From NCBI GenBank assembly GCA_030065025.1, contig JASJDY010000050.1:1-29835 (forward strand): a stretch of DNA of 29,835 nt. Reading direction: 5' to 3'. This document shows, in pieces, positions 28,240 through 29,835 of this stretch. Positions within the stretch are counted from its first letter, which is position 1. Each line of letters starts with the position of its first letter. Source of the DNA: Planctomycetota bacterium (lineage in GTDB: Bacteria; Planctomycetota; PLA2; JAEUHO01). A program made the translations under genes and the position numbers. The notes beneath the pieces are model-generated. The model searched no databases. It was not told the DNA's origin and saw only the letters and a program-made list of their open reading frames with translations.

Positions 28240-29411
28240 GCGCGTTCAAGGAACCGATGCGCCACACCCGCCAGCATGCGGGCGCCGATCGGGAGGGCGT
28301 CCTCGTCGATGTCGAAGTGCGGCGAGTGGTGCGGATGCACCAGGCCCTTCTCCTCGTTGCGTGAGCCCACGAAGAAGTAGCAGCCGGGTACGCGCGCGAG
28401 GATGTCCGCGAAGTCCTCGCCCCCCATCGTGCGCTCTTCGATGATGTTCTCTTCGCCCACCACCTCGCTCGCGACTTCCCTGACCAGCGCCGCCATGCCG
28501 GCGTCGTTGATCGTCGGTCGCATGAGGCGGCGCAGGTCGAGCTCCGCACGGCAGTCGAACGCCTCGGCTGTCTTCTTCGCCACTCGCTCGATCTGCGCCG
28601 GCAGTGCCTTCCAAATCTCTTCGTCGAAGCTGCGCGCCGTTCCGCGCAGCTCGACCGAGTCGGGAATGATGTTGAACGCCTCGCCGCCGTGCACCGCCCC
28701 GATCGTCACGACGACCGCTTGCAGCGGGCTCACGTTGCGGGCGGCGATCTGCTGCAACGCTGTGATCACGTGCGCCGCTGCGAGGATGGGATCACGGGTC
28801 TCGTGGGGCATTGCGCCATGGCCGCCGGTGCCCACGATGTGGATCGTGAACTCGTCGACCGATGCCATGAAGGGCCCGTCCACGATCGCTACCTTGCCGA
28901 CGTCCAGGTGGTTCCACAGGTGGATGCCGAAGGCTGCCTCCACCTTCGGCTGTTCGAGGACGCCGTCCTCGATCATGGCGGTGGCACCGTTGCCGCCTTC
29001 CTCGGCCGGCTGGAACATCAGCTTGATGGAGCCGCGGGCCGGAGGCGCGACGCGACGCAGGATGCGTGCGGCGCCCAGTGCCATGGCCGTGTGGCCGTCG
29101 TGACCGCAGGCGTGCATGACCCCGTCGTGGCGAGAGGCGTAGGGCACCTCGTTGCGCTCCTGCAGCGGCAGCGCGTCCATGTCCGCACGGAGCAGCACGC
29201 AGGGACCCGGCTCCGGCCCCTCCAAGAGCGTGGTCACGCCGGTCCGGCCGACGCCGGCGCGCGGCTCGTAGCCCAGGCCGCTGAGGCGCTCGGCCACGAG
29301 GCCGGCCGTGCGGTGCTCCTCGTACTTGAGCTCCGGATGGGCGTGGAGGTCGCGGCGGGTCGCGACCAGCTCCTCGCGTTCCTCCGGGGTCGGGCTGAGC
29401 GAATCGTCCAT
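28236..29411 (-). CDS. M20D-family amidohydrolase (N-acyl-amino-acid amidohydrolase/hippuricase-like).
   Basis: The track ORF is over-extended to 29708. ATG at 29411 has GGGAG 6 nt upstream and begins MDDSLSPTPEEREELVATRRDLHAHPEL. The metal-ligand region is MHACGHDGH. A second conserved block reads QPAEEGGNGA. Confidence 0.85.
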   Translation of the reverse strand: MDDSLSPTPEEREELVATRRDLHAHPELKYEEHRTAGLVAERLSGLGYEPRAGVGRTGVTTLLEGPEPGPCVLLRADMDALPLQERNEVPYASRHDGVMHACGHDGHTAMALGAARILRRVAPPARGSIKLMFQPAEEGGNGATAMIEDGVLEQPKVEAAFGIHLWNHLDVGKVAIVDGPFMASVDEFTIHIVGTGGHGAMPHETRDPILAAAHVITALQQIAARNVSPLQAVVVTIGAVHGGEAFNIIPDSVELRGTARSFDEEIWKALPAQIERVAKKTAEAFDCRAELDLRRLMRPTINDAGMAALVREVASEVVGEENIIEERTMGGEDFADILARVPGCYFFVGSRNEEKGLVHPHHSPHFDIDEDALPIGARMLAGVAHRFLERA

Positions 29412-29516
29412 GGCGGGCTCCCGGGGCAGGGACGCGCAGCATAGCGTTGGGAATCGGCGAGCGAAGCGCGACTTTCGTGCCGTGCCGGGGTAAGAGCGAG
29501 TGATCGGGAGGTCCCC

Positions 29517-29835
29517 ATGACCGCACTGCACGTGGGCCGCATCCTGGCCCTGACGCTCGCGCTCGCCGCTCTCGCGGTGTTCGCGTTCCCCACCCACGCC
29601 GAGGAGGTCGACGAGAAGGCGGCCGCGGCCGAGCTGATCACCGCCTTCAAGGACAAGGACTCGTCCGCCCGCGTGAAGGCGCTCGAGAAGGCGAAGGCGA
29701 ATCAGCACGCGTCGCTCACATCGCCCCTGATCCGACTCCTGAGCGACAAGGAGCTGGGCGTGCGCATGGCGGCCATCGAGGCCCTGGCCGCCCGCTCGGA
29801 CAAGAGCGCTCGCAAGAAGGCGGGGGCCTCCCTGG
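29517..29835 (+). CDS. Secreted HEAT-repeat protein. Only the N-terminal part is present; it runs off the window end.
   Basis: ATG at 29517 has GGGAGG 6 nt upstream. The signal peptide is MTALHVGRILALTLALAALAVFAFPTHA. HEAT-like units follow (DSSARVKALEKA..., DKELGVRMAAIEALAA). Hand translation shows no stop before the window end. Confidence 0.6.
   Translation, partial: MTALHVGRILALTLALAALAVFAFPTHAEEVDEKAAAAELITAFKDKDSSARVKALEKAKANQHASLTSPLIRLLSDKELGVRMAAIEALAARSDKSARKKAGASL

Overview
This is a very GC-rich (roughly 70% by eye) bacterial chromosomal segment. It is densely coding on both strands and shows strong GC3 bias. I can support 21 protein-coding genes, two of them truncated at the window edges. 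I found no rRNA, tRNA, CRISPR array, transposase or integrase. The six-frame track is dominated by long spurious antisense ORFs typical of high-GC DNA. It uses ATG, GTG and TTG as starts, so several real genes begin at an internal Met; I checked these by hand. Gene content, left to right: ROK-family sugar kinase (partial); a secreted 1231-aa tricorn-like protease (beta-propellers, PDZ, S41 core) with an unusual Lys/Ala/Pro-rich histone-H1-like insertion; a nitroreductase; an apparent operon of ECF sigma factor, receptor Ser/Thr kinase and NodU/CmcH-type carbamoyltransferase; a pirin; a 1271-aa hybrid sensor histidine kinase with a periplasmic beta-propeller sensor and a C-terminal receiver; a secreted hypothetical protein; a single-HKD phospholipase-D-like protein; a large secreted alpha/beta-hydrolase. 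Then comes a co-directional minus-strand block: AAA+ ATPase, membrane-anchored HEAT-repeat protein, NfeD, flotillin, 2-hydroxyacid dehydrogenase and sirtuin. The first pair and the last pair each share a start/stop overlap. This block is divergent from a secreted endonuclease/exonuclease/phosphatase-family protein that is start/stop-overlapped with a second sirtuin. The window ends with an M20D amidohydrolase and another secreted HEAT-repeat protein (partial). The most plausible candidate for something undescribed is the approximately 9-kb membrane-associated block bracketed by the two canonical sirtuins (AAA+/HEAT, NfeD/flotillin, 2-HADH/Sir2, EEP/Sir2). Other items worth a second look are the histone-like insert in the tricorn-like protease, a strong terminator-like hairpin inside the leader of the hybrid histidine kinase, and the sigma-kinase-carbamoyltransferase operon. 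All functional calls are motif-level recognitions made by eye. No database searches were run.
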